NCBI RefSeq assembly: GCF_002571385.2
Contig: NW_019217854.1
Span: 181,134 to 245,133, forward strand
Origin: Stylophora pistillata
Taxonomy: Eukaryota
Direction of reading: 5' to 3'
Length of the DNA: 64,000 nucleotides
Under the pieces are notes generated by a model. It saw nothing but the letters and a program-made list of their open reading frames with translations. It was not told the DNA's origin and did no database searches. The position numbers and the translations under genes were made by a program. Numbering within the stretch: the stretch's first letter is position 1; each line of letters begins with the position of its first letter. Shown here one piece after another: positions 1-12,555 of the stretch.

Positions 1-1365
1 CTTTCTGTTCGTAAAGTTTTTCAATCTACGATACTCATTCCACTGTTCCTGATTGCCATATCTCTTCGCAACTCTTAATGCATAGTCTCTTTCAGCCATC
101 AGTTCTTTAAGATCATTAGTGATCCAAGGTTTAGACGCATGTTTTGTTCTAATTCTCTTTAAAGGAGCACGCTGGTTTGCAACATCAACAAAAAGGTTAT
201 TCCAGGCGACTACAGCATCATTAATATCGTCATAAGACTCTATAACACTCCAGGGAACGCTAGCAATGTCTTTCCGAAAATGGTTTTTATTGTAGTGTTT
301 AAAAGATCTTACGTCGCGGATTTCCACGTGAGCTTTGCAAACTCCGGCTTTCTTTACTACGAAAGTAACAGAATGATCACTTTCTCCGAATTCGTGGACT
401 CTATGCGAGACAATACGGTGAGTGTTATTAACAAACACAAGATCAATTGCCGTCCTTATGAATTCCGTCACGCGTGTGGGCTCTTTGACGAGTTGACTCA
501 GACCATGGAGACGAGTCGTTTGCATTAATTTTCTGGTATTATTGCATGGTTTCAGGGCAATAACATCCGCGTTGAAATCTCCCATAATGATGATCAAATC
601 CTTTACCATTTCGTCGTCCAATTTAGCGAGAAACTCCTGTTCCAGGCCTAAGATAAATTTCTCGTGATTCATACTCGGTGGTTTATACATCACAACAAAT
701 ATCGTGTTCTTAGCTTTTTCTGGACATATTTCTACGTATACCATTTCTAAACAGTCAGATTCTAAGTCACTTCTCCGCTTGCTTGCCCATTTGCTCCTTA
801 GAAAAACGGCGCAACCACCACCATTTCGATTTCTATCTTTTCTGTAGCAAGTATAACCCGAAGGACATATCTTACTATCGAGCAATGTACAATCCAGACG
901 CGATTCTGTCACCGCAAACACATCCAATGCTGCTTTCTCCATTAGTACTTCGGCGTCGGCACAGTGTCCCGTCAAAGTTGCAATATTTACATGAGCAAAT
1001 TTCATTCCTCTCTTCTTAAGATTTGCTTGAAGATCTTTATTTATCCTTCCACTGGGCTTTCCTTCTTTTACTCCTGTGTTAATTGTTTCATGTGACTTGC
1101 GAACCGGTGTATCAAAGCCAGGTGATAAACAAGTTATGTATTCCCAAGCCAGAGAAGGTTCGCAAAGTTCATCATATTCCGTTCTCTTCATACTGATACA
1201 CTTAACATGAAACCACTTGTCGCATGAATCGCATTGTATCGCCATCTGATTCTTTCGGCATCTTTTAGCGCAAACAGCACAAGCATCTGTCACCGGCCCT
1301 GGATTCTCCTGTATATCTCCTGCTAACAGAACCAAGTAAATCAGATACGATGAAATATATGAAGT
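1..1365 (-). mobile_element. CR1/L2-group non-LTR retrotransposon ORF (2A-like peptide, PHD finger, APE endonuclease, linker); 5'-truncated and running off the window
   Basis: Hand translation of the minus strand is stop-free from 1365 to 1: LLAGDIQENPGP; CAVC...CDSCDKWFHVKC...WEYITC (PHD); HVNI, VTESRL, RKDRNRNGGG, YKPP, MGDFNAD, PTR, IDLVF, SDH (APE motifs); KPWIT linker. Absent from the ORF track because it has no stop inside the window. Confidence 0.93.
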
Positions 1366-1475
1366 TCATATATTTCACCCTTTCTTTGCTCTATATCTTC
1401 ATCATAATTTCATTTCCACGCTTAAAAATTTAACAAAAGAAAGCTTTCGGAAGGGAAGCTCTGAGGGAAGTGATA

Positions 1476-4400
1476 ATGTTCAATACTGTTACTTTGTTCT
1501 TGTGGTTGCTGACTCCTTTGGTCGTCGATTGCATTAAAGGAAACACCACTTTATCTTCTTCTAAGGTAAAGGTTAAGGAATAGCAAGCCACTAATAACAT
1601 TTTTTATTTCGAATATGGCTCAAGGTCACTCGACTTTCTTTGAGAATTTGAGATTTTTTCCCATTGGAAGTGGTAAATATTATTCATTAAGGATGATTCT
1701 CAATTGTCAGTTAAATAGGGCTTCATTCCCTGATTTATCGCCAGTACATCAATTAGCTCTTTCTCGAGATAATTTTACGTCCACCTTACTTTGACTTTTG
1801 AATTTCTAACTATTATAAAACGGCCGCTCCGTTTCTCTGGCTGAACTTAAAATGGCTCCATAGAGTTTTAGCCTGATTATAACACGCGCACCGGCACTCT
1901 GTTGTAAAACGGATAATTTTCTGCCTTCAAGATCACCAACACTAAACGTTTTTTCCAACAATCCGTACTAAGTCAAAATTTGCCTGACGTAGGACTGAAT
2001 TGGACTGGCTACATTTTATTCTCTTTCGCGGATTCAAGGGTGATTTTTTTCCGTTTAACCGTTTTTCCACATCGTGGCAACAGCATTCAGTTTTGTTACT
2101 TGTATCCGTTTAAATATATTGGCATTAAATAAAGGAGAGGAACTTTGAGGCTCTAGTAGAATTTTCCGCCTAATGTGATGTTAAAATTGTGTATAGTGAG
2201 AATTAGTGAGATTGTTAGCGTGATGTCTTTCTATTTCTAGAGTAATGATTGTAATTTCCTACAAAACAGTAGCAACGAGATATGAATATTGAATTTCAGA
2301 TTATAGTGGTGTATGATTTCGTTTTTGTAAACGCTCCACACTTTTCCAATTTTTATTGTGCTGTTAGCATGCTACTGGTGTCCTTCACAACCGGCGTACG
2401 CCGTAAAGTGACTATAAAAAGTTAAGAGAGAAAATGTTAGATGGGGAGAATAAATTTCTACCACGTGACAGAATTGAAATTCACCAACTTTTGTCTGTCT
2501 CACCTTCAGCGACAACTAATTCCACTTTGTCTTTGAGTCTGATGACGCCACAAACATCCCAGCGATATTTTCTGGAACTCTTACACTAGCTTCTGAGGTT
2601 CATACCCACAATACCAGATTTGCGACAAATTTTAATATTTACAGACCAAGAGCAAGTAATAACTATGGTACTATTACGTTTGCTTTCGTCACTTCAAAAA
2701 ATCTGGGAATCTATCCCCTTTAAATGAGAAAAACTTTTCTCTAGCTGCAAAATTAAGGCCTACAAGCTGCAAAAGGCCTACAAGCAATACAAAATGTATC
2801 TTTTAAATACTCAATCTGTTTCCTGAGTGCAGTTTGCTTTTGCTTTTTATTGTTATGTAAATGTCTATAATGTACATATTCATGCCAATTAATTGTCTGT
2901 GGCAGTGACCAACTCGAAAGTTTAAGATACTTTGGTCACTGCGCACATTTTGCTTTTCACTACTTGTGTAATTTAGTTTGCCTATGTCCCTCCTTCTTAA
3001 TGTACTATAATGTAGAGATAATTATTAGTAAATAGTGCAAAAATAAATATTGATTGATTGACTGTTAAACAAAACATCTTATTTATATTAAATACACAAA
3101 TATTGTAGAGTTGAAAAATTGTTAACCTTACCGAGTTTAACAAAGTGACTTCTGATTTACTCTATAAATATCAAAGAATCCAAGCACTTGTCTTCAAGGA
3201 TCACCTGGTCTTCCTGGTCGCAATGGACATAACGGGTTACCAGGTCGCGACGGTCGAGATGGCGCTAAAGGAGAGAAGGGTGCGGCGGGAAAGCCTGGGT
3301 TACGTGGAGATAAAGGAGACGTTGGACCGAAAGGGTCTGATACCGACCACAGAAATTGGAAACAGTGTGTATGGAGGAGTGAAGATGGTCGGGACGTGGG
3401 ACTTGTAAAGGTATCCGATGATGATGGAAAGTTCAAATGGAACAGTTTTCAGATCAAACACTCATGCTTTTAAATGTTTGCTGCTTAAAAATCGTGTACA
3501 CTAAAATGCGAGGCTCAAATCGAAGTCATGCATTTTACAAACTTTATATCTGAAGAAGTTTCCTTATTATTCACTTCTAAAATTGCGGGAGATATTTGCT
3601 TCCCACAATAACTTATCGTTTTTCATTTCACTGCGTTTTGGCGTGGAATATCACGAATAGTTACCTTTTGTTGGATAGATTTGCACCTAATCACTTTCAT
3701 ATTTTTAATTTTTTATTAAAGGCCCATTTTCATCCGAGATCCTTTGCAGTCGTTTGTGTTTGATTTGGAATCGCGCTATTGTTAAATGGCGAACTCTGAT
3801 AGCCATTCACAAACACTATTAAAGAGAAAAACAAAGATTTGGTGAAGAATACAGTAAACAAATTTGCAGCTAAATATTTGAGACTGAAAAATCATAAATC
3901 GAGTCTGTATAAAACTTGTACAAAGCTTACTTGATGTTGAAAGAAATTGTTCGGCTTCAACACTAAATAAAATATAAACAAATAACCAATATTGGCCAAA
4001 ACTGATTTACTTTACGCATTTCAATTATAGAATAATGACTTGTACAAATGAGATCGCTTACATACATATCTCAGGATCTCAAGTAAAAATCAATCTCCCC
4101 GGAGTCTCTAGTTCCATCGTAGGAACAATGCAATAACATTTCTGCAAAAGCACTGTCTGTAGTGTTACCGAAACCATTGTTGTTTTCCTTGCCCTCCATA
4201 AATCATACACAGACTCCCGAGGTCGAATAACCTTTGCCGAGTCGGGCAGACCCGGCCCTCCTCTATAACGCTTCTTCGGTGGCATCAACTTTTCAAATGA
4301 CGTTTTTCACCTGCATACATGTAAGAATTAAAAACTATTTACTGATATGAATACTACGATAGTTTGTTGTTCGCACATGATTAAAGATGGAACTTTGAAA

Positions 4401-4919
4401 GCCCTAATTAATAAGTTGGAAGAAGATATCAAAGCGATTCCGCAACTTCGAGGAAAATAGCATATTTTTCTTATATGAAAAATGATCTGGGCGCGCAAGG
4501 CATCTCGGTTGAAAATGGGCCTTTAAGCTTTTTATTCATTTATTTATTTATTTATTTATTTATTTATGTAGGACTGCGCCTTTGACAAGACCAGTGATGA
4601 TACAGCCCTTCGAGTTGTTTACCAAGGTAACATTCACTTGACTGGATGCAGCAGTTGTTGTAAGCGCTGGTTTATCACCTTTAACGGTGCAGAATGCAAA
4701 GGTCCACTGCCAATTGATGCAATAGTGTGGATAAGTAACAACAATGGCAATGATCACAGACCCGGAGCAATAGAAGGCTATTGTGTAAACATCCACAAGG
4801 GGAAAGTCCGTGTTGGTATTAACATTGGAAACTGTCCTGGATATGGCAACTCGGACGGATATACGGGCTGGAACTCAGTGTCACGCTTGATTATCGAAGA
4901 AGTACCACGTTCACAATGA
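1476..4919 (+). CDS. CTHRC1: CTHRC1-like secreted short-collagen protein, copy A (intact, 3 exons, 223 aa)
   Basis: Exons 1476-1565 (signal peptide [19 protein letters not shown]), 3177-3410 (16 Gly-X-Y triplets, NWKQCVW) and 4572-4919 ([20 protein letters not shown]...[15 protein letters not shown]). All introns are phase 0 with GT-AG. The C-terminal domain matches the CTHRC1 signature [20 protein letters not shown]...[15 protein letters not shown]. Confidence 0.93.
3720..4522. mobile_element. Non-autonomous TIR transposon with TTAA TSD and AGG termini (Kolobok-like)
   Basis: TTAA|AGGCCCATTTTCATCCGAGAT ... ATCTCGGTTGAAAATGGGCCT|TTAA. The paralogous intron of copy B (~10520-10550) shows the empty site. 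Confidence 0.85.
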
Positions 4920-5383
4920 TTTTTTTCCCGTTTGCTTTTTTCGATTTGCATCAGAGATTGACTCACATGAGCAGTAAAGCAGTTACACGCAGGGGATGAT
5001 AGCTTTAGGTTTTTACCCGGTAAATTGAAGGTTAAAAGGGATTTAACAGTATATAACGTGTTCTTTTACTAACGGGTTTTGTATGCAGTAAAAGAGAATC
5101 AAGAATTACATTAACTTCATCTTTTTCATCCAACACTTTGATTTGTTTTGTTTGGTTTTACTTGTAAAGAATCAAAGAATCGTAACCATGTCTCGTTTTA
5201 TTTGTTACTTCATCTTCGATTGACCTTGTACCTAAAAACCTGTTTTTCCTTCATTTTTTTTAATTCTTACATCAGAAAGGTTTTGCTATATTCTAACCTT
5301 CCAAATCAAGTTTTAGAGCGAGAAATAAGGTCGTATCCCCTCTGTCCGAAGAAGAAACCAGAACCCAAGCACTAGAAGTTTAA

Positions 5384-5650
5384 CCGCCTCCCGCTTAGCT
5401 TAATGGATAGAGCGCTGGACTGTTGTGCAGGAGGTCGAGGGTTCGAAGAATTTGCTACCTCTCTATAACATCAAGAAATGGTTAGATATTTTAGTCTTCT
5501 CGGATAGGGAAGAATAAATGGAGGTCTCGTCTCCTGCAGGGTTGGGGTAGGAGACGTTAATTTCCCACACACGAGATTACTGTGTGATGGATGTCCTCCC
5601 CTGGGGTGGGGTGGGGGGGGTGGGAGGGTGGACTAGCACGAATGGTTCGT
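5384..5650 (+). mobile_element. tRNA-derived SINE (family 1)
   Basis: A-box-like TAGCTTAATGG and B-box GGTTCGAA. The body (CCTGCAGGG..GGGGTAGGAGACGTTAATTTCCCAC) recurs in inverted orientation at 48590-48830. Confidence 0.8.
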
Positions 5651-6866
5651 ATGTTCCTTTCTAGTCCTACCCCACTGCAAAATTTAATGCAGTGAAAATG
5701 GAGTAAATTTGATATATAATGCAGTGAAAATAAAGCATACTTGATATATATCGATCAAAGAAACCTACGTAACAAATTAAACCTTTTCTTTTTGGCCAAC
5801 GTAAAGAGTCACGCAAAATCATGGGTTAAAAAAATTGATAACCGCAGCGAATGGGGGTATGCGGGGTTTGGGGATGAAAATCGTACTCAGTTTCATACCT
5901 TTTCACGACGCAGCGCAGCTAAACTCACATGCGATGCAGTCGTTCTCTTTTTTCTTAGCCAAGCAGAAGAAAATTATGGAAAGAAAGGAGCAAGAGACAA
6001 ACGTGAGGATAGAACAGTCGCAAACATTTTAGAGGGCTGGGCGAACGGCAGCCGTTTTTACATTATTTCACAGTGACATGATAAAGTAAAAACCAACTTG
6101 TTCTCAAAGAAAGGTCTGAAGCGAGCAGTAAAATATTTCAAGCTAAGAAACCTGTCGGCAGTTTAAACCGTTTCCCCTAAGGCAACAGGAGAACGCCTAA
6201 GAAGAGCTAAGGCCATAATGCCCCTTGCCTTTTTTCAACTACCGCTGTATCTGAAAGGGAGACAAAGGGATTGCTACCTAAGCTTTAACTTTCTTGGCTG
6301 CTCCGTTCCTCGTGTAACTTAATCCTGTTTCTCAGTGGAAAGACCTCCTTTAGGTCACTCAAAGATTCCATTGCTTTAGCTAATTGGTCACATGGTTACC
6401 ACGGCACAGCCTGAAAGCCACACAATGAATCAGTCCTTGTTTACTCATACCTCGTTCATCACAATGAATGATTTTTTTCCATAGTGAACGATCAAGTCAA
6501 ATTGATACATAATATATTTACTTCCTCTCATCGGTTTGATCATTTCTATTAAACACACTACGTGATTTATCAAATTATATGCAGCAGCACTTCTTGAATT
6601 CCACATGCAGTGAGTGATGAAAATCGACCTGTTCGAATATAATTGGTCCGAAAGGGAACGTTACTCGAATGCGCTCAGTTTCTGATTGGTTATTCTCATC
6701 AGAGTACTTCGCTGAAACTACAATCGCTATTCTTAAAACTTCTACAGTCTAAGAGAAATCATTCCGTTGAAAGTAAGAAATTGTGTGCGATAAAAAAGCT
6801 CGCTCTCCTCCTGAAAGAATTTGCTCAGAATAACATTTTGGGACCGTACAGCAGAGAGAAGCAGAC

Positions 6867-9800
6867 ATGAAGAACACAGTGATTTTTTTCCTGTTGCTAT
6901 CAACAGCTTATCTTTTCAATCCATTCGAAGCAACTACGTTCTCCAAGGTATGGTTAAAATTAGACAATTTCAACGTAACTGTTTGTTATACCTTTGCCTG
7001 ATTCGGTTTTTCTCGTTGCCACAGATTGGCCTTGACTGGCCCTTACCTCGAAAAATGATCGTGAATGTTGCACTATGAGGCATTTCCATGGCGCTGTCTC
7101 GACTTAAGTAATCTCACAGACCTGTTATTTTGCAGTCTTATTACCCGGTTAATTTTGAGCCAAGATCGCCTCAAAAAAACCTTTTTCCAGTCTGTACAAA
7201 GGCCATTGCTAAACAACGAGCCATACCCATCTCATACAAGAAAAACTTAGTAATCCGAAGACGCTAAAACGAACTTTGACGGCTTATGTATCGTGCGTAG
7301 CTGTAACGAATGAATTGGCAGTTCAGTAAATCTCCGGCTTATCTACGTGGCAATTTGATTCTTCGAGTTCCTTATTTTCACTTGTTACCGTACTTCCTAG
7401 TTATCAACTTTCTAGAGTATGTTTTTTGACCTCGCCTTGTGATATTTCCAAATCCCGAGTCCCGTATAAAATTCTGCATATCGAGTCCATTTAGAATCAC
7501 AACTCGTACTTTAAACAATCGCAAATCACAGATAACGGATCTCGAAAAATCTCATTGGAGACCTCTCCCTCCACTTTCTCAAACTGAGGGCAAGAATTGC
7601 AATGAATTAGCTCACGAATATTTTTCATTCCTGTTGCCAGCGAACAGTAGAACGAACCAATGTACGCATATCGTTATCAAACTTTTATACAGAGAAAACT
7701 GTCGAAAGTTATCGCCGAGGCAGAATTTTTTTTCCTTCTGTTATTTTCAACGTCAAGTTTTAGAAGTGTCTACCTGTTCCTTCCTGTTAGATAAGCATGC
7801 TGACACCCCTTTGGTGAACAAATTAAAGGAAGTGTTGTGGGGGGGTTTTTTACCACTCGCTTGGCGAATTAACAAGAGGTACTGAGACTGTAATTTTCTT
7901 CTTTATTCTCCTATACTGCTGCTTCTACTACAGCTAATTTTGTCTCTCTTTCTCCACTGCTTATTTCTACTGATTTTAGCAAGGAGTGCCCCAGTATTAA
8001 ATACAAAAATCATAGACATGTTTGGGTTAGCTAACCGTGGGAATTTCCAAAACAGGATATTCAGTGTGGGTAAAACTCAAGGTCAGTTTCACCAACCCAA
8101 ACCTGACCACCCAGCAAACTAGTTATCCTCAACCATAACAAGCGACCAAAATGTCTAGCACGGTAAAAACTGAGCCAAGTTCAAGCACACATTAAGAATA
8201 AATGATCAAAACTATAGATCTACCAAAATGACAACGTAGACGCAAAAAGGCGAGACTTAATAAAACAAAAGGTAAACCTAAAAATACTCAAAATATCAAT
8301 CTTTGAAAATGCTTTACAACATGAGCAGTATGTTATTAAATTGAACTCCTCAACGATTGTTGATGATTTTCATTATTCAGTGTTAATAGACTGTTAGGTA
8401 ATCTACAAATGGAGATAAAAGTCATGGGTGACACACACGAAAAACCCTGTCAGAGTCTGACGTTATCCGGAATGGTTCATTTTTACTTAAATGAAATCTC
8501 ATGTTCTGCAAACCCCATTTTCTGCTCAACCTTTCCTTTGGCAGCTTTGAATGTGATGTGCAACTTCATAAAACTATTTTGCCAAAAGATTTATGTCGTC
8601 GCTTATTTTCAAGGCATAGTCTTCCTATAATTCTGTTCCGGCAAAGCTAGGTCACATTACCAGGGAGATTACTCTTATCTTTAAGAAACTCCGGGCTCTG
8701 TTGAAAACTTATTTCCAACAAATTTTCAGCTGACTCTGTGAACTTATTTTCTATATTCAGCCAAAATCTACTTGACGAAACATTGATTTGGACTCGCTCT
8801 AACTCACAAACTACTTCGTACGTGGATTCAAGCGTTAATTTTGCTGACTGCGTAGTATTGCCTCCTTGTCACTCATAACGTAGGTTTGACTTTTTCTTTT
8901 CGAGTTTGGAAAGCAAAGTGTTAAAGGATCTTTCTAATGTATTTGTTGTTGGTAAATCTATGCGAAAAGCTACTGTTGTAATGATGAAGATGCTATTTAG
9001 GCAAGTTCTATTTTTTTCCGTCAACATGCCGCTGATCTTCTTAGCTTTTATACCAGCTGTTTTCTACCAGCTGTTTTCTTAGCTGTTTTGTGACATAAAA
9101 AGACACGTGATTAGAGAGGGTACATTTGTACCACGTGACAGCTGCAAGCACTTCTCTTTTAATTTTCTTCACACCATAAAAGGGCTAAGGGTGAAATTCA
9201 ATAATTTCAATTTCACACTTTCAGTAATACTTCGACGATATCTTGGCATTGTTCACAAACATCGTAAGCAAAGTACACAAATCTTGAAAAGTTAACAAAC
9301 TGTTTTCCGTGCCGGGAACGACTATAACTGGCTTCTCTAATTCATTTCGAGCAACACACAGGGCCAGTATGTGTCTTCAAGGATCACCCGGTCTCCCTGG
9401 TCGCAATGGATATATATATAACGGGTCACTAGGCCGTGACGGTCGTGATGGCGCTAAAGGAGAGAAAGGCGTGGCAGGAATGCCCGGGTCACGTGGAGAC
9501 GTTGGACCAAAAGGTTCTGATACCGACCACAGAAATTGAAAACTTCGTATGGAGGAGTGAAGATGGTCGGGACGTGGGACTCTAAAGGTATGCGATGGTG
9601 ATGGAAAGTGATGGATAGTTCAAAGGAAACAGTTTTTAGATCAAACACTTATACCTATGGAAGCTTGCTCCTTAAAAAACAAACATAAAAATGCTAAAAT
9701 GTAAGGCTCAAATCGAAATTACTTTACACATTTTATATCTAAATAAGTCTCACTATCATTCACTCCCGATTTAAATTTACGGGAGATATTTACTTTCCAC

Positions 9801-10924
9801 GAAAATGAAATATTTCCTTTGATTATCCAACTGCGCTTCGCGGAGTACAAATGACGCCCAAAACGAGCCTCGGTACAAATAATTCGCGTTATATTTTACA
9901 CTCAGAGAACCGGAAATGAATACCCGCGTAATTCGCTCGCACTGAAATAACAATTTGGCGTGTTAGATAATAATCTCTTAACTATCCGTAACTTTGGGCG
10001 ACTTTAGGCGATTTAAGGCGACTTAAGGCGACTTAAGGCATCTTACAGCGATTTTATTTGACTGAAGTGATAAAATAAAAGTAAGCGCCAGTCTCTCCAT
10101 TAACTTTAAAAATAGTTCCAGAATCCCTTACAATAAACGCAATAGTCACTTTGGTTACTTTTGTATGTTCATACTCACAATAGCGACTTCTGAGTCGCTA
10201 AGTTGCCTTGAAAGGCAACTTAAGGCGACGTAAGGCGACTTTAGGCGCGTTAAGGCAACTTGAGGTCCCAGAGCAGGCCTTTGTTGTGTAGTGTCACTAG
10301 ATCACTGAGTATTTTTACTCGTTTTTTGTATTTTGAATCGCCCTACGGGATTGTGAAAAACGGCACAATTCGTAAAAAAATATTAAGCGATATCACGTAA
10401 GAGAGCGTTTAATAAGATATGATATTTATACATATTACAATACCTTGTCGTTTTTTATTTCTCGGCGTTTTGGCGTGAAATATCAAGAAACTTTTTCTTT
10501 TATTTATTAGATTTGCACCTAGTCACTTTAATTTAGCTTTTTATTCATTTCTTTATTAATGGAGGACTGCACCTTGTATCTTTAACAAGACCAGGGATGA
10601 TACAGCCCTTCGAGGTGTTTACCAAGGTAACATTTATTTGGGTGGATGTAGTACTTGTTGTAAGCGCTGGTTCGTCACCATTTTAACGGTGCAGAATGCA
10701 AAGGTCCACTGCCAATTGATGCAGTAGTGTGGATAAGTAACAACAATAGCAATGATCACAGACTCGGAGCAATAGAAGGCTATTGTGTAAACATCCACAA
10801 GGGGAAAGTCCGTGTTGGTATTAACATTGGAAACTGTCCTGGATATGGCAATTCGAACCGACTTACAGGTTGGAACTCTGCAGTGTCACGCTTGATTATC
10901 GAAGAAGTACCGCGCTCACAATGA
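6867..10924 (+). pseudogene. CTHRC1: CTHRC1-like copy B, pseudogene
   Basis: Exon 1 6867-6947 (MKNTVIFFLLLSTAY). Exon 2 ~9362-9587 has an out-of-phase acceptor and TGG>TGA in NWKQ (stop ending 9539). Exon 3 ~10565-10924 has indels, including a +1 shift near 10680. Confidence 0.88.
9995..10265 (+). repeat. Two clusters of a 10-bp tandem unit (TTAAGGCGAC) inside a ~630-bp insertion specific to copy B intron 2
   Basis: Units at ~9995-10052 and ~10213-10265. The homologous intron of copy A (3590-3660) lacks the ~9800-10435 segment. Confidence 0.75.
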
Positions 10925-12555
10925 TGTTTTTTCCTTTTGCTTTTGTCGGTTTGCCTCCGAGATTGAACATAGCTAAATGACACATGGCAGTTACATGGCA
11001 AGCGGTACTAGATTAATGTTTTTAAGTATATAATGTATTTTTACTAAGGGTTTTTTTGTAGTAAAGAGGATCCAAAAATTACATGTTTTGAATTTGTTTT
11101 TGTTTCCTTTTTTTGTTTTTAGTGTGAAAAGAATCGTAATCATGCCGCGTTTTATTTGTTACTTCATCTTCGATTAACCTTGTACCTAAAAAGCACTTTA
11201 TTTTTAATATTTACATCACAAAAGGTGTGAATTATTACTTTGTCAAACCATAGGAGGGGGATCGAATGGATCCAGTGATCTTCTTTCTTTTCACCAAGTT
11301 CTTACAATCATCAATTAGCAAAAATGAATTAAGGACCTCGCTTAGAGGTCTTCTGTGAAACTTGTACCAATCAATATGTTTGCTGGTGAGGGAACTTTAC
11401 CGTTATCACTGATCGATCCACTCCTTCCTTGTTAGGAACCTTTTTCAATCTTCTTATCTTCTGACCAACCATCAACTCTTCTTCAGCAGCCTGTGATGCA
11501 GATCAGTTTGGCTTTTTTCTCTGTGTTTTTCCTTTGTTTGTTTGTTTGTTTCTAAGCGGGAGAAAAATTTATAGGAATAAAGCAGCAAGAGAGGAGTGTG
11601 AGGAAAAGACACTTGCAAATATGTTAGAGAGCTACACTGTTGTGGCATGTGGAGAACGGCAGCCAGATTTATATTCTTCGAAGTGACATGACAAAAGTTC
11701 TTTGCATTTGAGTTTGACTCTCCTATCAGAGAACCCTCAAAATAAGATTCCTTGAAGAAACAAAAATCGGCGAAGCGCTGAGCGCTGAACGTTTAATTAA
11801 TAAAAAGGCTAAGGCGAAGTAGCCACAAGTTAATCCGTTTCTTTTTGGCCAACAGAAAGGGTCAAGCGAGATCATGGAGTGAAAAAGTCTGATAACTGCA
11901 GAGAAAGGAGGGTATGCGGGGGGGTTGGGGATGAAAATGATATTGTGCCAATGTGAAAGGAACATGAAACGATCGCTGCATTAAGCCAAGGTCCTTAGTT
12001 GCTTCATTCTATAGTTATCCTGTTTCTCTGTAGTGAGACCTTACTTAGTTTACTCGAAGATTCTACTGCTTGGCAAAGCAAATTGATCACAAAACTAAAC
12101 ACGGCCTAGCCTGAGCTGAGCTTGAGCCTTTGCTAATTTACTCATCCATCGCTTTTACGAAATGAATGATTCTTTTATATTGTTAACGATAGAGCCAAAG
12201 TGATACGAAATAAAATAATTTCCTCTCATCTTCTCGATCAATTATCTTATAGTATGCCTTGTGATCTTTTGAGTTACATGAATTGGCACTTCTTGCATGC
12301 ATTCCACAGAGACGTGAGAAAATTTGCCGTGATGAAAATCGACCTGTTTGACTGTAATGGTCCAAAGGGCAAGTTACTCGAATGCTCCTTCCTGATTGGT
12401 CGGAGGTCCTTACTGAAACTACCATCGCTATTTTTAAATCTTCTCTAGTCTCAGAGAAATCATCCCGTCGAAATAAAGTAGTTGTGGTGGTGGGGCAAAA
12501 AAAATCATGTTCCCCTATAATAACGTTTTGAACAGCAAAATCAAGGGAAGCAGAT

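Noticed and set aside
7439-7885. 148-aa ORF in CTHRC1 copy B intron 1
   Set aside because: Non-ATG start, no recognisable motif and AT-rich intronic composition; probably chance.
9995-10265. CRISPR-like or telomeric (TTAGGC-like) array
   Set aside because: The units are contiguous 10-mers with no unique spacers, in a eukaryotic intron with no cas genes.
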